A DNA stretch of 61,406 nucleotides, the filler included. It is 4 parts of 4 records of this genome, joined end to end, with 100 filler letters (N's around TTAATTAATTAA, not from the genome) between each part and the next. Parts side by side here need not be neighbours in the genome. Positions count along the whole stretch, not along the records: positions 18,863 to 29,001 come from SRR31156797_8745; positions 29,102 to 55,910 come from SRR31156797_8747; 2 more parts are not named here. One strand, 5' to 3'. The position numbers and the translations under genes were made by a program. The stretch's first letter is position 1. Each line of letters starts with the position of its first letter. This document shows positions 18,929 to 31,282 of the stretch, piece by piece. Under the pieces are notes generated by a model that worked only from the letters and a program-made list of their open reading frames with translations, was not told the origin of the DNA and made no database searches.

Positions 18929-21900
18929 ATGCTTGCAATCAATGGATATGAGATATTAAACGAGATATATCGAAATGAATCTTCAATTATTTTTAAGGGA
19001 GTCAAAACTGCTGATAAGAGTAATGTAATTATAAAGACTCTTAATTTTGATAACCCTAGCCAAAAGCAAATAGCAAAATTCAAGAGAGAGTTTAGTTTAA
19101 CTAAAAGCTTTAATGATTCTAAAATAATCAAAGCTTTTGAATTTATTCAAAGCGAATCTAAATATGCTATTGTTTATGAAGATTTTGGCGGAGTTTCATT
19201 TGATAATATCCTAAAAGCTGAAACATTTAGTCTGGAAAAATTCATTGAGTTATCTATCTCTATAATTGAAGCTCTGGAAGTTATCCATGAGAATCATATT
19301 ATACACAAAGATATCAACCCATCTAATGTTATCTGGAATAAAGAGAAAGATATCATAAAAATTATCGATATGGGTATCTCAACAGAATTATCAAGAGAAA
19401 AAACTGAAATTAATAACCCTCATATGATTGAGGGAACTTTAGCATATCTGTCTCCTGAACAAACCGGTAGAATGAATATCAAACTAGACTACAGAAGTGA
19501 TTTCTACTCTTTCGGAGCAACTCTTTATGAATTCTTCACAGGTCAAACTCCATTTGCAACTACTGATCCTATGGAGCTGGTTCATAGTCATATTGCCAGA
19601 GAGGTTCCTGAGCCATACAAATTATGCAAATTAAACTATAATGAAAATCAAAAAAGTATTATAAAATTCATCTCACAAATCATCATTAAACTCATGTCAA
19701 AATCTGTAGAAGATAGATATCAAAGTACAATTGGTATCAAAAACGATCTGAAAAAATGTTATGAACTTCTAAAAGAGAATAAAAAAATAGAAGATAGTGA
19801 GTTGGTACTTGCGTCAAAAGATATCTCTTCGAATTTCCAAATACCTCAAAGGTTATATGGAAGAGAGGATGAGATAAAAATACTTGAGCAGGCTTTCCAG
19901 AGAGTAGTAAACGGAAAAAAAGAACTACTACTTGTAGCAGGAGAACCCGGTGCCGGTAAATCAGCACTTGTTTATGAAATCCATAAATCTGTTACTACAA
20001 ATCATGGGTATTTCATACAGGGGAAATTTGATCAATTCAAAAAAAATATTCCGTATTCAGCTTTTGTGTTAGCTATCTCTCAGTTAATAAAGAGTATATT
20101 AACTGAAAATGATGAGAAGGTTATAAAATGGAAAGATAAAATTCTAAAAGAGCTTGGAAATAACGGACAGATTATTATAGATTTAATCCCTGAGCTGGAG
20201 TTGTTAATTGGTAAACAAACTAAACTTGCCAAATTAGGTCTTGATGAGACAAGAAACAGATTCAATACTACATTCCAGAATTTCCTAAGAGCACTTGGTG
20301 ATGTTGACGAGCCGGTTGTTATTTTCTTAGATGATTTGCAATGGGCAGATTCTGCATCTCTGCAATTAATAGAACTGACTATGACTGATATGGATATCGA
20401 AGGCCTTATGCTGATAGGTGCTTACAGAGATAACGAAGTTAGTGAAACTCATCCATTAAATGATACACTTCATAAAATAGAGAGTGAATATCAAAGATTT
20501 AAGGAATCAGGTATTGAACTTAACAGTGATATTATTCATTATATATCTCTTAAACCTTTAGAATTAGAACATGTACTGAATTTATCAGCAGATACTTTAG
20601 TTAGAAAAAATAGTGAAGTTTCCGAATTTGCGGAAATTTTACATAAAAAAACAAAGGGAAATCCATTTTTCCTTAATCAATTATTATCAGCTCTATATGT
20701 AGATGAAGTAATAAATCTGAACTATGAAGATGCTCAATGGGTTTGGGATGAGAAAAAACTTTCTAACTACTCTATTAGCCAAAATGTAGTTGATTTAATG
20801 ATCTCAAAAGTAAACTCACTGCCTGGAAATTCAGCTAAGATACTAAAACTCGCTGCATGTATTGGTAATATTTTTGACCTGCATACACTTGCTTTAATAT
20901 CAAAACAAAGTATCAAAGAAACAGCTGATTCTCTGCTTAACCCTCTAAAAGCAGGTTTAATTGAACCGGAAGATTATAACTATAAGTATATTGATTCAGA
21001 TAATACTTCTCCTAAAGAGAGTATAAACAGAGATATAAATCCTGTATATTCATTTGTACATGATAGGGTACAACAAGCAGCTTATCAGATGATGGAGAGC
21101 AGTGAGAAGCAGAAAACTCATCTGCTAATATCTAAATTAATGCTTCAAGAACTTGGAGTTGGTGAACTTAATACTGAATTAAACGAAATAAAAAAAGAAA
21201 AATTCGCTAATATCAAACAGGATACAATCTTTGATATAGCAAATCATATAAATATTGCGAAAAAACTTCTGAAAAAAGAAGAGGAACTAAAATTCTTAAA
21301 ACATATCAATCTGGAAGCGGGAGAAAGAGCTCTGGCTGCCAATGCCTACAAACCAGCTCTTGAGTATTTCAATACCGGTCTTGAGATGACTACTGAAAAT
21401 GACTGGGAATCAAGTTATGATTTAACATTAAATCTGTATATAAATACAGTTAGTGCTCAGTACTATAATTTCGAACATGATAAACTACTTGAAACATCAA
21501 ATAAAGCATTAAAATATATCAAAACTCCCGTAGAGGAAGTAGAGATAATTGACGTAATAATGAAATCATATTATACCCAGCAAAAATTGGTAGATTTATT
21601 AGATATAGGTATTGATATCTTAAAAAAACTCGATATCAAGATCCCTGCAAAGCCTAATACAGCACATATATTAATCGAATTCCTTAAAACTAAAAAAGTT
21701 CTAAAAGGGAAATCTTTAGATGATTTATATGAACTGCCCGCTATGACAGATAAAAAAATATTAGCTGCATCCAGAATAATTACGGGAATGGTTTCCTCTG
21801 CATATGTTGCCAGAGCTACCCTGTCACCTGTACTTAGTTTAAAACTTGTACAACTATCTGTTCAATATGGTAACTATCCAAATGCTCAGATTTATCCTTT

Positions 21901-24900
21901 CTTCGGACTAATGAATCTGGCGATAAGCAAGGATTTAGACGCATGTTATAACTATGGTGAACTAGGATTGAGAATAGCTAATAAAGAGGAGTTCGCAAAA
22001 TCAAAATCACAAAACCTGATGATGTTTTATACTTTTAATTATCACTGGAAAAAACCTCTGATTGAGTCAATTCAGAAGTTATGGGACGGATATCATGTAG
22101 GAGTAGAACTTGGTGATTTTGAATATGCTGCCTGGTGTCTGCATATTCCTGATTTTACTGCACTTTATACAGGTATGGAGTTAAATGAACTAACTAAAAT
22201 AATGGAAGGTCATAGAGAGAGAATGGTTAAGTTGCAACAAACTACTATTCTGAATATCTTCATTGGTGTACAGCAATTTGTTTCTAACCTGATGGGAGAT
22301 AATGAAAATCCTATTGAATTAACAGGTAAATATATGAACGAAAAAGAGCTCCTTGACTCACTGGAAGGCAGTAGCCTGAATACAACTCTTGGAAGTATAT
22401 TTTTCTGGAAAACTGCTATTTGTTTTGTATTTGAAGAGTATCAAAAAGCAGTTGATAATCATATAGAATATTTAAAATACACTGATTCTGTAGGTCTTTC
22501 AAGTATGTGTTTCGTTATGCTCTTTCATTCATTAGCAAGGTTGGAACTGTGTAAAGATCCTAATTATCCTGAAAGAAAAAAGATGCTGAAAGCAGTTAAC
22601 AAAGATCAAAAAACTATGAAAAAATGGGCAGAGAATGCTCCTATGAATCATATGTATAAATGGTATCTGATAGAAGCAGAAATGGAAAACGTAAAAGGCA
22701 AATATTTAAGTGCGCAGATGTATTATGAAAAGGCTATCCAATGCGCTATTGATGCTAATAATGACTGGGAAATTGCTCAAGGATATGAGCTGTTTGCTAA
22801 ATTTTACGATAAGCAAAATAATAGTGAATTAAGTGCTTATTTCCTGACAAAATCTATTAATAAATATAAAAAATGGGGTGCTCTGGCTAAAGTAGAGTTA
22901 TTACAAAAAAACTACCCTGAACTTATAGAGAAAACTAATGAAAAATTAAATACCACAATGACAGTTAACAACTCTCTAAGTACAAGAACTATCGGAAGTA
23001 CATCTACTGTTGTACTTGATCTGTTATCTAGTATGAAAGCACTTCAAACTATCTCAGGTGAGGTTGATCTAAATACTCTTTTATCCAAAATCATGAGACT
23101 TGTAATTGAAAATGCAGGTGCTGAAAAGGCTTATCTGATTCTTCCTAAAAAAGATACATGGTGTATAAACACTATGGCAGAAGTCAAAGATAGTGCCGTA
23201 TCCATAGAGGGAAAACTAAATATATGCTTAGATGAAGCTAATACTGAAAAATATTCTTTATCTAAAACTATAATTCAATATGTAGTTAGAACACATGAAA
23301 CAGTTATTCTGGAAGATGCATTAAAATCAGGAATGTTTAGTAATGATCCTCAATTAATAGAGGAAAATGCCAAATCAATCCTGTGTATGCCTCTGATTAA
23401 CCAAGGAAAATTAATAGCTATCTTATATCTAAAAAATAAACTATCAACAGCTGTATTTACTCTGGATAGAACTCAGGTCCTGAATATGATCTCATCACAG
23501 GCTGCAATATCTATAGAGAATACAAAACTCTATATTAACCTTACTCGTTCGGAGAATAAATTTAGAGGGATATTTGAAAATGCTGGTGTGGGAATTTTCC
23601 AAACAACTTTAAGTGGTAAAATAATAACGGCCAACCCGGCAGTTATCTCAATGCTAAGATATAATTCTCTTGAGGATATAAAAAACTCCATTACTAGTCT
23701 CGGGGAGCAAGTATATGCTGATAAGAATAAAAGAGAGAAATTACTGTCTAAACTACTTGAACACGGTCATGTTAGAAACTTTGAATTTGATTGTATATGT
23801 AAGGATCAGAGTATAATAAATGTATCTCTTAATGCAATGATTATAAGAGATAAACATAATAATACTGAATATATAGAGGGTGTTATTGAAGATATCACTA
23901 AGAAAAAATTAGCTGATAAATATAAAATTGATAAAGAGGTGGCTGAGGCCGCAACCAAAGCCAAAAGTGAGTTCCTCGCAAATATGAGTCATGAGATCAG
24001 AACTCCTATGAATGCTGTAATTGGTTTATCAGAGCTTACACTTCGAACTGATCTAAATTCAAAACAAGAAGATTATCTGTATAAAATCAATAGATCTGCA
24101 AAAGATCTCTTAGTTATTATAAACGGAATTCTTGATTACTCTAAAATTGAAGCTGGAAAAATGTTCCTGGAAAAAGCTCAGTTTAGCTTTGAATCTTTAA
24201 CAGATAGCTTAAAAACTTTAGTTGCTCTAAGAGCATATGAAAAGGGAATTGATTTCAGTTTTGATTTCTCAAAAGATATCCCTAATAAGCTGATAGGGGA
24301 TTCTGTAAGAGTGGGACAGGTACTGATTAATCTGGCGAATAATGCTATTAAATTTACTAATAGCGGAGAGGTAATCGTAGGTGGAAAAGTTACAAAATAT
24401 AATAAAGATAATATCAGAATAAAGTTTTATGTTCAGGACACCGGTATCGGTATGACAGAGGAGCAACTGAAAAAACTATTTAAATCATTCCAGCAGGCAG
24501 ACAGTTCTACTACCAGAAAATATGGTGGTACAGGTCTGGGATTAGCTATCTCAAAACAGCTTGTAAATATGATGGGCGGAGATATCTCTGTAAGCAGTAT
24601 TGCAGGTAAAGGAAGTCGATTTGAATTTGATATTTTACTTGATATAGATAGTGAAATCAGCAATATAGAAACTAAACAAAAATACAGAGTTCCTGATTCA
24701 CTTAAAGATAAATATGCATTAATAATTGATGAAAATCAATCGTCAGCTGAAATTATGAATAATTTCTTAGCCGGACTATCAATTAAAACAGATATTATTA
24801 ATAATCAGGAGAAACTAAATAAAATATTAGTGCAAGATAATATAGAAAATAAAGATTATGCAGTAATAGTTATTGATAATAAGCTAAAAAATCTTGATTT

Positions 24901-26221
24901 AGCAAACGTAATTGATAAAATCAAAGAGTATCCTGCTTTAACTCATATTCCTAAAATCTGTACCGTGCCATTATACGGCAAGGAGAACTTTATAGAAATC
25001 ACAGGTACAATTGACTTTGAAGCTATACTTGAGAAACCTTACACTTATACTTCTTTTTATAATACTCTTATGAAAACTAATAATAATAACGAGTATATAA
25101 TAAAACTTGAAAATGATAAACAGAATCAGCAGCTAACACTAAATCAAGAGATAGTGGGAGCAAACGTTTTAGTTGTTGATGATAATCAAATCAACAGAGA
25201 AGTATCAGGTGAATTCCTAAAACAAGCCGGTATTAGTGTAGAGTTCTCTCACAACGGAAAAGATGCTATTGAAAAAATATTTAATAAAAAATTTGATTTA
25301 GTCCTAATGGATATACATATGCCAGAAATGGATGGATTGGAAGCTACTAAACTAATCAGAGGAAAAGGAGAGGCAAAACTTCCTATTATCGCCATGACTG
25401 CAAATGCACTAAATGAAAGTGTCAAAACGTATTTTGAGGCTGGAATGAATGACTTTATTACCAAACCTGTTGAACCAGCCCTATTATTTGAAAAACTCGA
25501 GGAATGGCTGACAGATTTCAAAATTGTTCAAAATAGTAAACAAAACACTAGTTCAGGTATAGATGATAATATTAGAATATATTTGACAAATATCAAGGGC
25601 TTAGACTATAATTTAGGTCTAAGATTAACTGGTAATTCAATATCAAATTACCATAAACTACTTAACAAATTCGTCACAACAAAATCAAACTCAGTAAGTA
25701 AAATTAAAAGTGATCTGCGTGAAGAAAGATATAAACAGGCTGAACTGGAAGTTCACTCGATAAAAGGTGTTTCAGGTTTACTTGGACTCAAAGATATTGC
25801 TGACTTATCAGGCATTCTAGAGAAAGCTATACGAGAAGAAAACTATGGCTCTATTAATAATATTTTCTCGGATTTCGAGAAAACAGTTAATATCTCACTT
25901 GATCAATTGAAGCGAAGTCCTAAAGTAACTTCTAATGAAATCGTAGAAACAGTAACAGCAAAAAGTTTTGAAAAAGCTGAGTTTATTGAAAAAATCGATC
26001 TACTTATACAGTATTTAAACAACGGAAACTCTAAATCTTATAAACTTCTGGATGAACTGGAAGAGATCTCTGTTGATACAGAATATACTACATACTTGAA
26101 GCAAGCTGCTGAATATATCGATGATGTTGAATTTGAATCTGCTCTTGAAGTGATTAGTAGAATAAAAATAGGTTTGGGAGAAAACAATGGTGGAGAAAAA
26201 ATATCGAATATTAATAGCTGA
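18929..26221 (+). CDS. Giant hybrid: Ser/Thr kinase - AAA/STAND-like ATPase - helical region - GAF - PAS - HisKA/HATPase - degenerate REC - REC - HPt
   Basis: [25 protein letters not shown]; Walker A GEPGAGKS and Walker [17 protein letters not shown] (GAF); [31 protein letters not shown]. Confidence 0.92.
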   Translation: MLAINGYEILNEIYRNESSIIFKGVKTADKSNVIIKTLNFDNPSQKQIAKFKREFSLTKSFNDSKIIKAFEFIQSESKYAIVYEDFGGVSFDNILKAETFSLEKFIELSISIIEALEVIHENHIIHKDINPSNVIWNKEKDIIKIIDMGISTELSREKTEINNPHMIEGTLAYLSPEQTGRMNIKLDYRSDFYSFGATLYEFFTGQTPFATTDPMELVHSHIAREVPEPYKLCKLNYNENQKSIIKFISQIIIKLMSKSVEDRYQSTIGIKNDLKKCYELLKENKKIEDSELVLASKDISSNFQIPQRLYGREDEIKILEQAFQRVVNGKKELLLVAGEPGAGKSALVYEIHKSVTTNHGYFIQGKFDQFKKNIPYSAFVLAISQLIKSILTENDEKVIKWKDKILKELGNNGQIIIDLIPELELLIGKQTKLAKLGLDETRNRFNTTFQNFLRALGDVDEPVVIFLDDLQWADSASLQLIELTMTDMDIEGLMLIGAYRDNEVSETHPLNDTLHKIESEYQRFKESGIELNSDIIHYISLKPLELEHVLNLSADTLVRKNSEVSEFAEILHKKTKGNPFFLNQLLSALYVDEVINLNYEDAQWVWDEKKLSNYSISQNVVDLMISKVNSLPGNSAKILKLAACIGNIFDLHTLALISKQSIKETADSLLNPLKAGLIEPEDYNYKYIDSDNTSPKESINRDINPVYSFVHDRVQQAAYQMMESSEKQKTHLLISKLMLQELGVGELNTELNEIKKEKFANIKQDTIFDIANHINIAKKLLKKEEELKFLKHINLEAGERALAANAYKPALEYFNTGLEMTTENDWESSYDLTLNLYINTVSAQYYNFEHDKLLETSNKALKYIKTPVEEVEIIDVIMKSYYTQQKLVDLLDIGIDILKKLDIKIPAKPNTAHILIEFLKTKKVLKGKSLDDLYELPAMTDKKILAASRIITGMVSSAYVARATLSPVLSLKLVQLSVQYGNYPNAQIYPFFGLMNLAISKDLDACYNYGELGLRIANKEEFAKSKSQNLMMFYTFNYHWKKPLIESIQKLWDGYHVGVELGDFEYAAWCLHIPDFTALYTGMELNELTKIMEGHRERMVKLQQTTILNIFIGVQQFVSNLMGDNENPIELTGKYMNEKELLDSLEGSSLNTTLGSIFFWKTAICFVFEEYQKAVDNHIEYLKYTDSVGLSSMCFVMLFHSLARLELCKDPNYPERKKMLKAVNKDQKTMKKWAENAPMNHMYKWYLIEAEMENVKGKYLSAQMYYEKAIQCAIDANNDWEIAQGYELFAKFYDKQNNSELSAYFLTKSINKYKKWGALAKVELLQKNYPELIEKTNEKLNTTMTVNNSLSTRTIGSTSTVVLDLLSSMKALQTISGEVDLNTLLSKIMRLVIENAGAEKAYLILPKKDTWCINTMAEVKDSAVSIEGKLNICLDEANTEKYSLSKTIIQYVVRTHETVILEDALKSGMFSNDPQLIEENAKSILCMPLINQGKLIAILYLKNKLSTAVFTLDRTQVLNMISSQAAISIENTKLYINLTRSENKFRGIFENAGVGIFQTTLSGKIITANPAVISMLRYNSLEDIKNSITSLGEQVYADKNKREKLLSKLLEHGHVRNFEFDCICKDQSIINVSLNAMIIRDKHNNTEYIEGVIEDITKKKLADKYKIDKEVAEAATKAKSEFLANMSHEIRTPMNAVIGLSELTLRTDLNSKQEDYLYKINRSAKDLLVIINGILDYSKIEAGKMFLEKAQFSFESLTDSLKTLVALRAYEKGIDFSFDFSKDIPNKLIGDSVRVGQVLINLANNAIKFTNSGEVIVGGKVTKYNKDNIRIKFYVQDTGIGMTEEQLKKLFKSFQQADSSTTRKYGGTGLGLAISKQLVNMMGGDISVSSIAGKGSRFEFDILLDIDSEISNIETKQKYRVPDSLKDKYALIIDENQSSAEIMNNFLAGLSIKTDIINNQEKLNKILVQDNIENKDYAVIVIDNKLKNLDLANVIDKIKEYPALTHIPKICTVPLYGKENFIEITGTIDFEAILEKPYTYTSFYNTLMKTNNNNEYIIKLENDKQNQQLTLNQEIVGANVLVVDDNQINREVSGEFLKQAGISVEFSHNGKDAIEKIFNKKFDLVLMDIHMPEMDGLEATKLIRGKGEAKLPIIAMTANALNESVKTYFEAGMNDFITKPVEPALLFEKLEEWLTDFKIVQNSKQNTSSGIDDNIRIYLTNIKGLDYNLGLRLTGNSISNYHKLLNKFVTTKSNSVSKIKSDLREERYKQAELEVHSIKGVSGLLGLKDIADLSGILEKAIREENYGSINNIFSDFEKTVNISLDQLKRSPKVTSNEIVETVTAKSFEKAEFIEKIDLLIQYLNNGNSKSYKLLDELEEISVDTEYTTYLKQAAEYIDDVEFESALEVISRIKIGLGENNGGEKISNINS

Positions 26222-27092
26222 AGATGAAGCAATTAATAGAAAGATCTTGTCAGAATTATTAGAAGATGAATATGATATTATTCTGGCAAAAAATGGTGTT
26301 CAGGTATTCAAACGACTTGATAAAGATCCGTCTATAGATTTGATTATCTTAGATATACTTATGCCTGAAATGGATGGTCATGAAGTGCTAAGAAGGTTAA
26401 AGTCATCAGAATATACTAGAAATATTCCGGTTATTGTTATCTCTTCACTTGATTCAGATAATGATGAGGAATTAGGATTAAAATTAGGTGCTTCTGATTA
26501 TATTGCGAAGCCGTTTCATCACGGAGTTGTGAAATTAAGAGTAAAAAACCATATCGAGATTGTAAAACAGAGAAAAATGCTTGAAACTCTACTTGGTTAT
26601 GATTGCCTTACAGATATTAACAGCAGAAGATTCTTTGATGATGCTCTTCAGAAAGAGTGGAAAAGATCTAAAAGAAGTAATCTGCCATTATCACTTATTA
26701 TGATTGATGTGGATTATTTCAAAAACTATAATGATCATTACGGACATGCTAAAGGTGATATTGTTCTTAAAAAAATTGCACAAGCTATAAAATCTTCATT
26801 ACATCGCCCTGCAGATATAGTTGCAAGGTATGGCGGTGAGGAGTTCGTAGTAATCCTGCCGGAAACTGATCAAGATGGTGCTGCTGCAATTGGAGACAAG
26901 ATCAAAGAATCAATCTCTGAATTAAAAATAGAGCATAAAAAATCTAGCATTTCTGATTACATCACTATATCATTAGGTGGAGCTACTCTGTCTGATGCAG
27001 TGGATTCTCCGGAAAAATTAATTGAAATAGCGGATACTATGTTGTATAAAGCCAAAGAAAATGGAAGAGATCAGATCATTTGGCAAAAATAA
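26187..27092 (+). CDS. Response regulator diguanylate cyclase (REC-GGDEF)
   Basis: [33 protein letters not shown]-site; intact GGEEF. Confidence 0.93.
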   Translation: MVEKKYRILIAEDEAINRKILSELLEDEYDIILAKNGVQVFKRLDKDPSIDLIILDILMPEMDGHEVLRRLKSSEYTRNIPVIVISSLDSDNDEELGLKLGASDYIAKPFHHGVVKLRVKNHIEIVKQRKMLETLLGYDCLTDINSRRFFDDALQKEWKRSKRSNLPLSLIMIDVDYFKNYNDHYGHAKGDIVLKKIAQAIKSSLHRPADIVARYGGEEFVVILPETDQDGAAAIGDKIKESISELKIEHKKSSISDYITISLGGATLSDAVDSPEKLIEIADTMLYKAKENGRDQIIWQK

Positions 27093-27162
27093 TAATAAAT
27101 ATTTAAAAAGGAATTTTTTTAATATTTCGTAAAATATATATAGAGTAATAATTTCATCAGGT

Positions 27163-27196
27163 AGTCTCTTTACTTAAAATAAAGAGACTCCTTTTT
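27163..27196 (+). terminator. Intrinsic terminator
   Basis: AGTCTCTTTA-CTTAAAA-TAAAGAGACT followed by CCTTTTT. Confidence 0.6.
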
Positions 27197-27221
27197 ATTA
27201 TTTAAAAAAAGGAGTTTTGAT

Positions 27222-28940
27222 ATGAAAAAAACTATGATTTTAATAATAATTCTATTTTTCCTATTTCCTATATTAACATTTACAGAAAATGAAAAGGGAA
27301 TAAAACTTAAAAAGCTGAAGAATAACGAAGGTAGAAGATGGGCTATTCTAATAGGAATAAACGAATATCAGGATAAAGGAATATTGAATCTCAAAAAAGC
27401 TCAAAATGATGCAAATGCTTTAGGAAATATTCTAAAAAATCAGGGTCAATTTGATAATATATATATTATGACTGATGATAAAGATTTTAGAGATAATGAC
27501 TTCCCTACATATTTTAAAATCAAAGATAGATTAAGTTATATATCAAGTTTCTTAAAAGCGAATGACCTTGTAGTATTCTCATTTTCGGGTCATGGTATTA
27601 CACTGGAAGGAGAAAGCCGGCTGCTTGTATCAGACAGCAGAATACAGGACTTAAAAAGTACAACAATTAGTCTTGAAAAAGATATAGTAGCAATGCTTAA
27701 TAAAGCAGGTGTTAAAAAATCATTACTCTTAATTGATGCTTGCAGGGAAAACTTTCAAGAAAACAAAGGGATAAACAGAGATGGTCTAAAGGCTAAAAAA
27801 TTTGAAAAAGCAGAGGTGGCAGCTGCATTTTATGCAACTAAATCAGGATGGTACAGTTATGAAGATACTGAAACTGATTATGGTGCTTTTACCAGATTCG
27901 TTGTAGAAGGCTTAGAAGGAAATGCAGACAAAACAACAGGAAATAATGACGGCATCGTCTCTTTTAGAGAGCTCTCGACATATGTAGAGGATGGAGTATT
28001 TGACTGGGCATTAAAAAACGATAAAAAACAAGCTCCCTACACCAAAATTTATGGTGAAAGTTACGGAGATTTAGCATTAACAATGGCAAAAAATAATAAA
28101 GATACTAAAAAATCTACAAGTCAACTTGTTAAACCCACTGTTTCTATCTCTAACAATAACTTAGTATTGGTAGAGGGCGGATCATTTCAAATGGGTTCTA
28201 ATAATGGAGAGGATGATGAAAAACCGATTCATGAAGTTATAGTTAATAGCTTTTTTATAGGAAAATATGAAGTAACAGTAGAGGAGTGGAAAAAATATCT
28301 AGATGATTCAAAAGTGAATTTTGATTGGTATCAAAATAGTTGGGGTGATTACCCTGTCGCTAAATATAGTACAAGTGATAAACATCCTATGATAAATATA
28401 AATAAAGGAGAAATTCTAGAATACTGCAATTGGTTAAGTAAAAAAGAGGGACTTCCTATTGCCTATGATCGTGAAGGAAATTTACTGGATAAAAATGGAA
28501 ATATTACTGTTGATATAACAAAAGTTGAAGGGTATCGACTACCTACAGAAGCCGAATGGGAGTTTGCAGCACGAGGAGGAAATAAAACGCAAAACTATAA
28601 ATATAGCGGAAGTAATAATCTCAAGGAGGTTGGCTGGTATGGGAGTCAGAGTAAAATAAATGCTGTAGGAACTAAAAAAGCTAATGAATTGGGAATTTTT
28701 GATATGAGTGGTAATGTATGGGAATTATGCCAAGATACATATGACGAAAATGCATATTCAAAACATAGTAAAAAAAATCCGTATATACATGGAACTATAG
28801 AGCAAAAAACTATTCGTAGAGGAGGATCATGGGGATCTAATAGTTATGTTGCAAGAGTTAGTGACAGGTACCCAAGCGATCCAAATTTAAGAGTTTATTT
28901 TACTGGATTTCGTATTGCCAAAACTCTTATTAATCATTAA
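27222..28940 (+). CDS. Exported caspase-like (C14) peptidase fused to an FGE-sulfatase (SUMF1-like) domain
   Basis: Hydrophobic N-terminus; catalytic dyad FSGHG and IDACR; C-terminal GSFQMG, RLPTEAEWEFAARG, DMSGNVWE, RGGSW and GFR motifs. Confidence 0.9.
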   Translation: MKKTMILIIILFFLFPILTFTENEKGIKLKKLKNNEGRRWAILIGINEYQDKGILNLKKAQNDANALGNILKNQGQFDNIYIMTDDKDFRDNDFPTYFKIKDRLSYISSFLKANDLVVFSFSGHGITLEGESRLLVSDSRIQDLKSTTISLEKDIVAMLNKAGVKKSLLLIDACRENFQENKGINRDGLKAKKFEKAEVAAAFYATKSGWYSYEDTETDYGAFTRFVVEGLEGNADKTTGNNDGIVSFRELSTYVEDGVFDWALKNDKKQAPYTKIYGESYGDLALTMAKNNKDTKKSTSQLVKPTVSISNNNLVLVEGGSFQMGSNNGEDDEKPIHEVIVNSFFIGKYEVTVEEWKKYLDDSKVNFDWYQNSWGDYPVAKYSTSDKHPMININKGEILEYCNWLSKKEGLPIAYDREGNLLDKNGNITVDITKVEGYRLPTEAEWEFAARGGNKTQNYKYSGSNNLKEVGWYGSQSKINAVGTKKANELGIFDMSGNVWELCQDTYDENAYSKHSKKNPYIHGTIEQKTIRRGGSWGSNSYVARVSDRYPSDPNLRVYFTGFRIAKTLINH

Positions 28941-29001
28941 TTTTTTACTAAACAAATTATAATGAACTGCAAAACTATATAAATTTTAATTAGTTTCTTA
29001 T

Positions 29002-29101
29002 NNNNNNNNNNNNNNNNNNNNNNNNNNNNNNNNNNNNNNNNNNNNTTAATTAATTAANNNNNNNNNNNNNNNNNNNNNNNNNNNNNNNNNNNNNNNNNNN
29101 N
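29002..29101. other. Artificial contig spacer
   Basis: 100 nt of N with TTAATTAATTAA. Confidence 0.98.
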
Positions 29102-29383
29102 CGGCCTTGGACAATTGACCAGCGTCGGTCGTGGACAACTAGGTCCCCTCAACGTCGGCCTTATGCAACTCGGTTCTCTGGTAGGCCGACAGGTCGCAGG
29201 AACTCTCGTCAATCTGCACGTCACCGGATTGGTTGGTCTACAGGTCACAGGATGAGTGGTCGGTCGGCAAGCTGAAGGCACTCTCGTTGGTCGGCACGTA
29301 GCAGGAACACGTGTCACACGACAGGTTACCGGTTGGCTGGTCGGCCTGCACACAGGGGTCAAGGTCCGAATGGTCGGTCTGAT
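29102..29383 (-). repeat. Coding tandem repeat, about 10 units of about 9 aa, consensus TCRPTRVP(A/V)
   Basis: VCRPTSQPV TCRVTRVPA TCRPTRVPS ACRPTTHPV TCRPTNPV TCRLTRVPA TCRPTREPS CIRPTLRGPS CPRPTLVN CPRP. Confidence 0.92.
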
Positions 29384-30745
29384 TAATCGTCTATAGGCAG
29401 CAAGTGCTTGAATGATACCAGCGCCCGAATACTGATCAAAACCTGCAGGACCAATATCCTTAGCCGTTGCCTTGAGCACCGACTTGCACTGGCCCTGATT
29501 TAAACTGGCCTTTGCCTGCTTCAAAAGAGCAACAACTCCTGCCAAAATCGGGGTTGCTGCAGAGGTGCCGTTATCACTATTGTTATAGCCGGTAAAATGG
29601 CTGATTGAACAAAAGTCGGGCTTATTGGGGTCCAGTGCAGCTGGCCCCTGGCTGCTATAGCCGATAAGCTGCTCATTCTTGTTAACTGCACCAACAGTCA
29701 TCACCAGGGGATGGCCATTGGCCCCCCAAATACTTTTTCCGGGGCCAACATCAGTCCCACATTTACCTGAAGCGCAAGTCGCCCCACAATTACCAGCGGC
29801 AAAAAGCACTAAAATACCCTCATTGATTGCTTCAACTACCTTACGCGTAAATGGATGATTAGGATTTCGGGCATAGGTTGTATCCCAGCTTTCCTTATAA
29901 ATACCCCAACTATTTGTAAGGACATGAGGAGTTCCATGGGTACGATGACGACTAATAGCCCAGTTAAAGGCCTGAAGAGCGCGGCTGATGGTTCCCGGTG
30001 AACCGCCGCTTCCGGCAACACGCATATCATAGAGCTGCACATCAGGTGCCATGCCAAGCACGTCTGTAGCACACATATTCCCATGATCACCCCACTTACC
30101 GGATTCGGTACCCCAATCCGAAGGCCAACCACCTATTACACGCGGAATACGCCGGGATGTTTCCCCGGCTTTTACAGGTCGTCCCTGGGCAGTAATACCA
30201 GAGTCCAAAACACCTACAACTATGCCGGTGCCGCGAAATCCAGCGGCCCAAATCTGATCCACACCAAGGTAATTGGCAACATCTGCCATATTGCCCTTCG
30301 GGGTCAAAGGCGAACAGTCACATGGGGGAATAGGACAGGGAGATGCGGCAGGAGAGTCCTCCGGCTGCAGGTCTGAATCCCAGTCCGGAAAAGGAGCTAT
30401 CGGCGTATCCGGCCACACATCGGCTACTTCAGGCATGGCCCGCAGCGCTTCAATTTCTTGCGCATCCTTAACAGTTCCGCGAACAATATATGTCTCCACC
30501 GAAGGACCAGCAATCTCCTGCATGCTTCCGGCTGCACTTTCAAGACTTACCGGTTCGAACTCTTCATCAAGATTAAATCCAGGTAAGCTTATTCCCCGTG
30601 CAGTCCCCATTGCAAAAGTTGGCGATCCGCCCGGTCCGTGCCGCAGCTCCACGAGTACACTGTAATTACCATCACTATCAGTGGGTTGAGGGATCTCATT
30701 GTTCACATTACCACTACCAGTTTTCTTTTTCGGTGCCTTAGCCAT
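29102..30745 (-). CDS. S8 subtilisin-like serine protease with N-terminal prodomain and C-terminal Cys-rich repeats; 3' end truncated by contig end
   Basis: Triad VLDSG / DHGNMCA / NGTSAATP, oxyanion motif FAAGN; GAGG RBS; no signal peptide. Confidence 0.92.
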
Positions 30746-30798
30746 GTTTCACCTCTTTGTTACTGGTTACAGGTTTTCTATTCCAATATCCCTATTTG

Positions 30799-31092
30799 CT
30801 ATATAATGGTATTTTCATCAGAACGTGACATTGGCTCAACAACAGTGTCCTTCCAGATATAGACAACGGATTTCTTTGCTTCAAGAACAGCAATTACTTT
30901 TTCACTCCTTACCCACCCATGGACAATGGCTGTAGTCGGGACTCTCTCTGTACCACCACCATCCATTAGAACTGGTTCATAGCCCACATCCAGTATAAAT
31001 CCGTCAACATCCCATTGACCGACTTCTTCCATTAGCAGTCCAAAGTCTTGGCGATCTGACACGTCTATTTCAAGCAGAATACTGATCTTCAC
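30799..31092 (-). CDS. Stand-alone homologue of the adjacent subtilase prodomain (candidate inhibitor/chaperone)
   Basis: Collinear matches to the S8 N-terminus: SILLEI/SVLVEL, GFILDVGYEPV/GFNLDEEFEPV, TAIVHGWV/TYIVRGTV, VVYIWKDTVVEPM/VADVWPDTPIAPF. Confidence 0.8.
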   Translation of the reverse strand: MKISILLEIDVSDRQDFGLLMEEVGQWDVDGFILDVGYEPVLMDGGGTERVPTTAIVHGWVRSEKVIAVLEAKKSVVYIWKDTVVEPMSRSDENTII

Positions 31093-31282
31093 GCTTCCAT
31101 TCCGATTTATTGCCCATAGCTCAATTGTACAGTTGCTATTCCATGGTTTTCTTTATTTTGCATCACGCTTGCCCTCTCTATTTCTTCAAATAATAAACAT
31201 CCAGGATCTACCCCATCCATAGTGATGTATACGCACCAACCATCAACGAAGACATACGTAATCCAGTGATTCCGACTAACGG

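Noticed and set aside
18811-19131. ORF-track entries running into N spacers (also the X tails of 29054..30745 and 55963..57003)
   Set aside because: These are spacer artefacts; the real genes were trimmed to the contig ends.
28780-29001. FGE domain C-terminus as a diversity-generating retroelement target
   Set aside because: No template repeat copy or reverse transcriptase is visible in this contig. They cannot be excluded elsewhere in the genome.
29102-29383. Roughly 27-nt periodicity as a possible CRISPR array
   Set aside because: There are no identical nucleotide repeats with unique spacers; conservation is at the amino-acid level within an ORF, and no cas genes are present.
27222-30745. 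Apparent protease super-cluster (caspase next to subtilase and trypsin)
   Set aside because: An artificial spacer separates the caspase gene from the others, and the two contigs differ in base composition.
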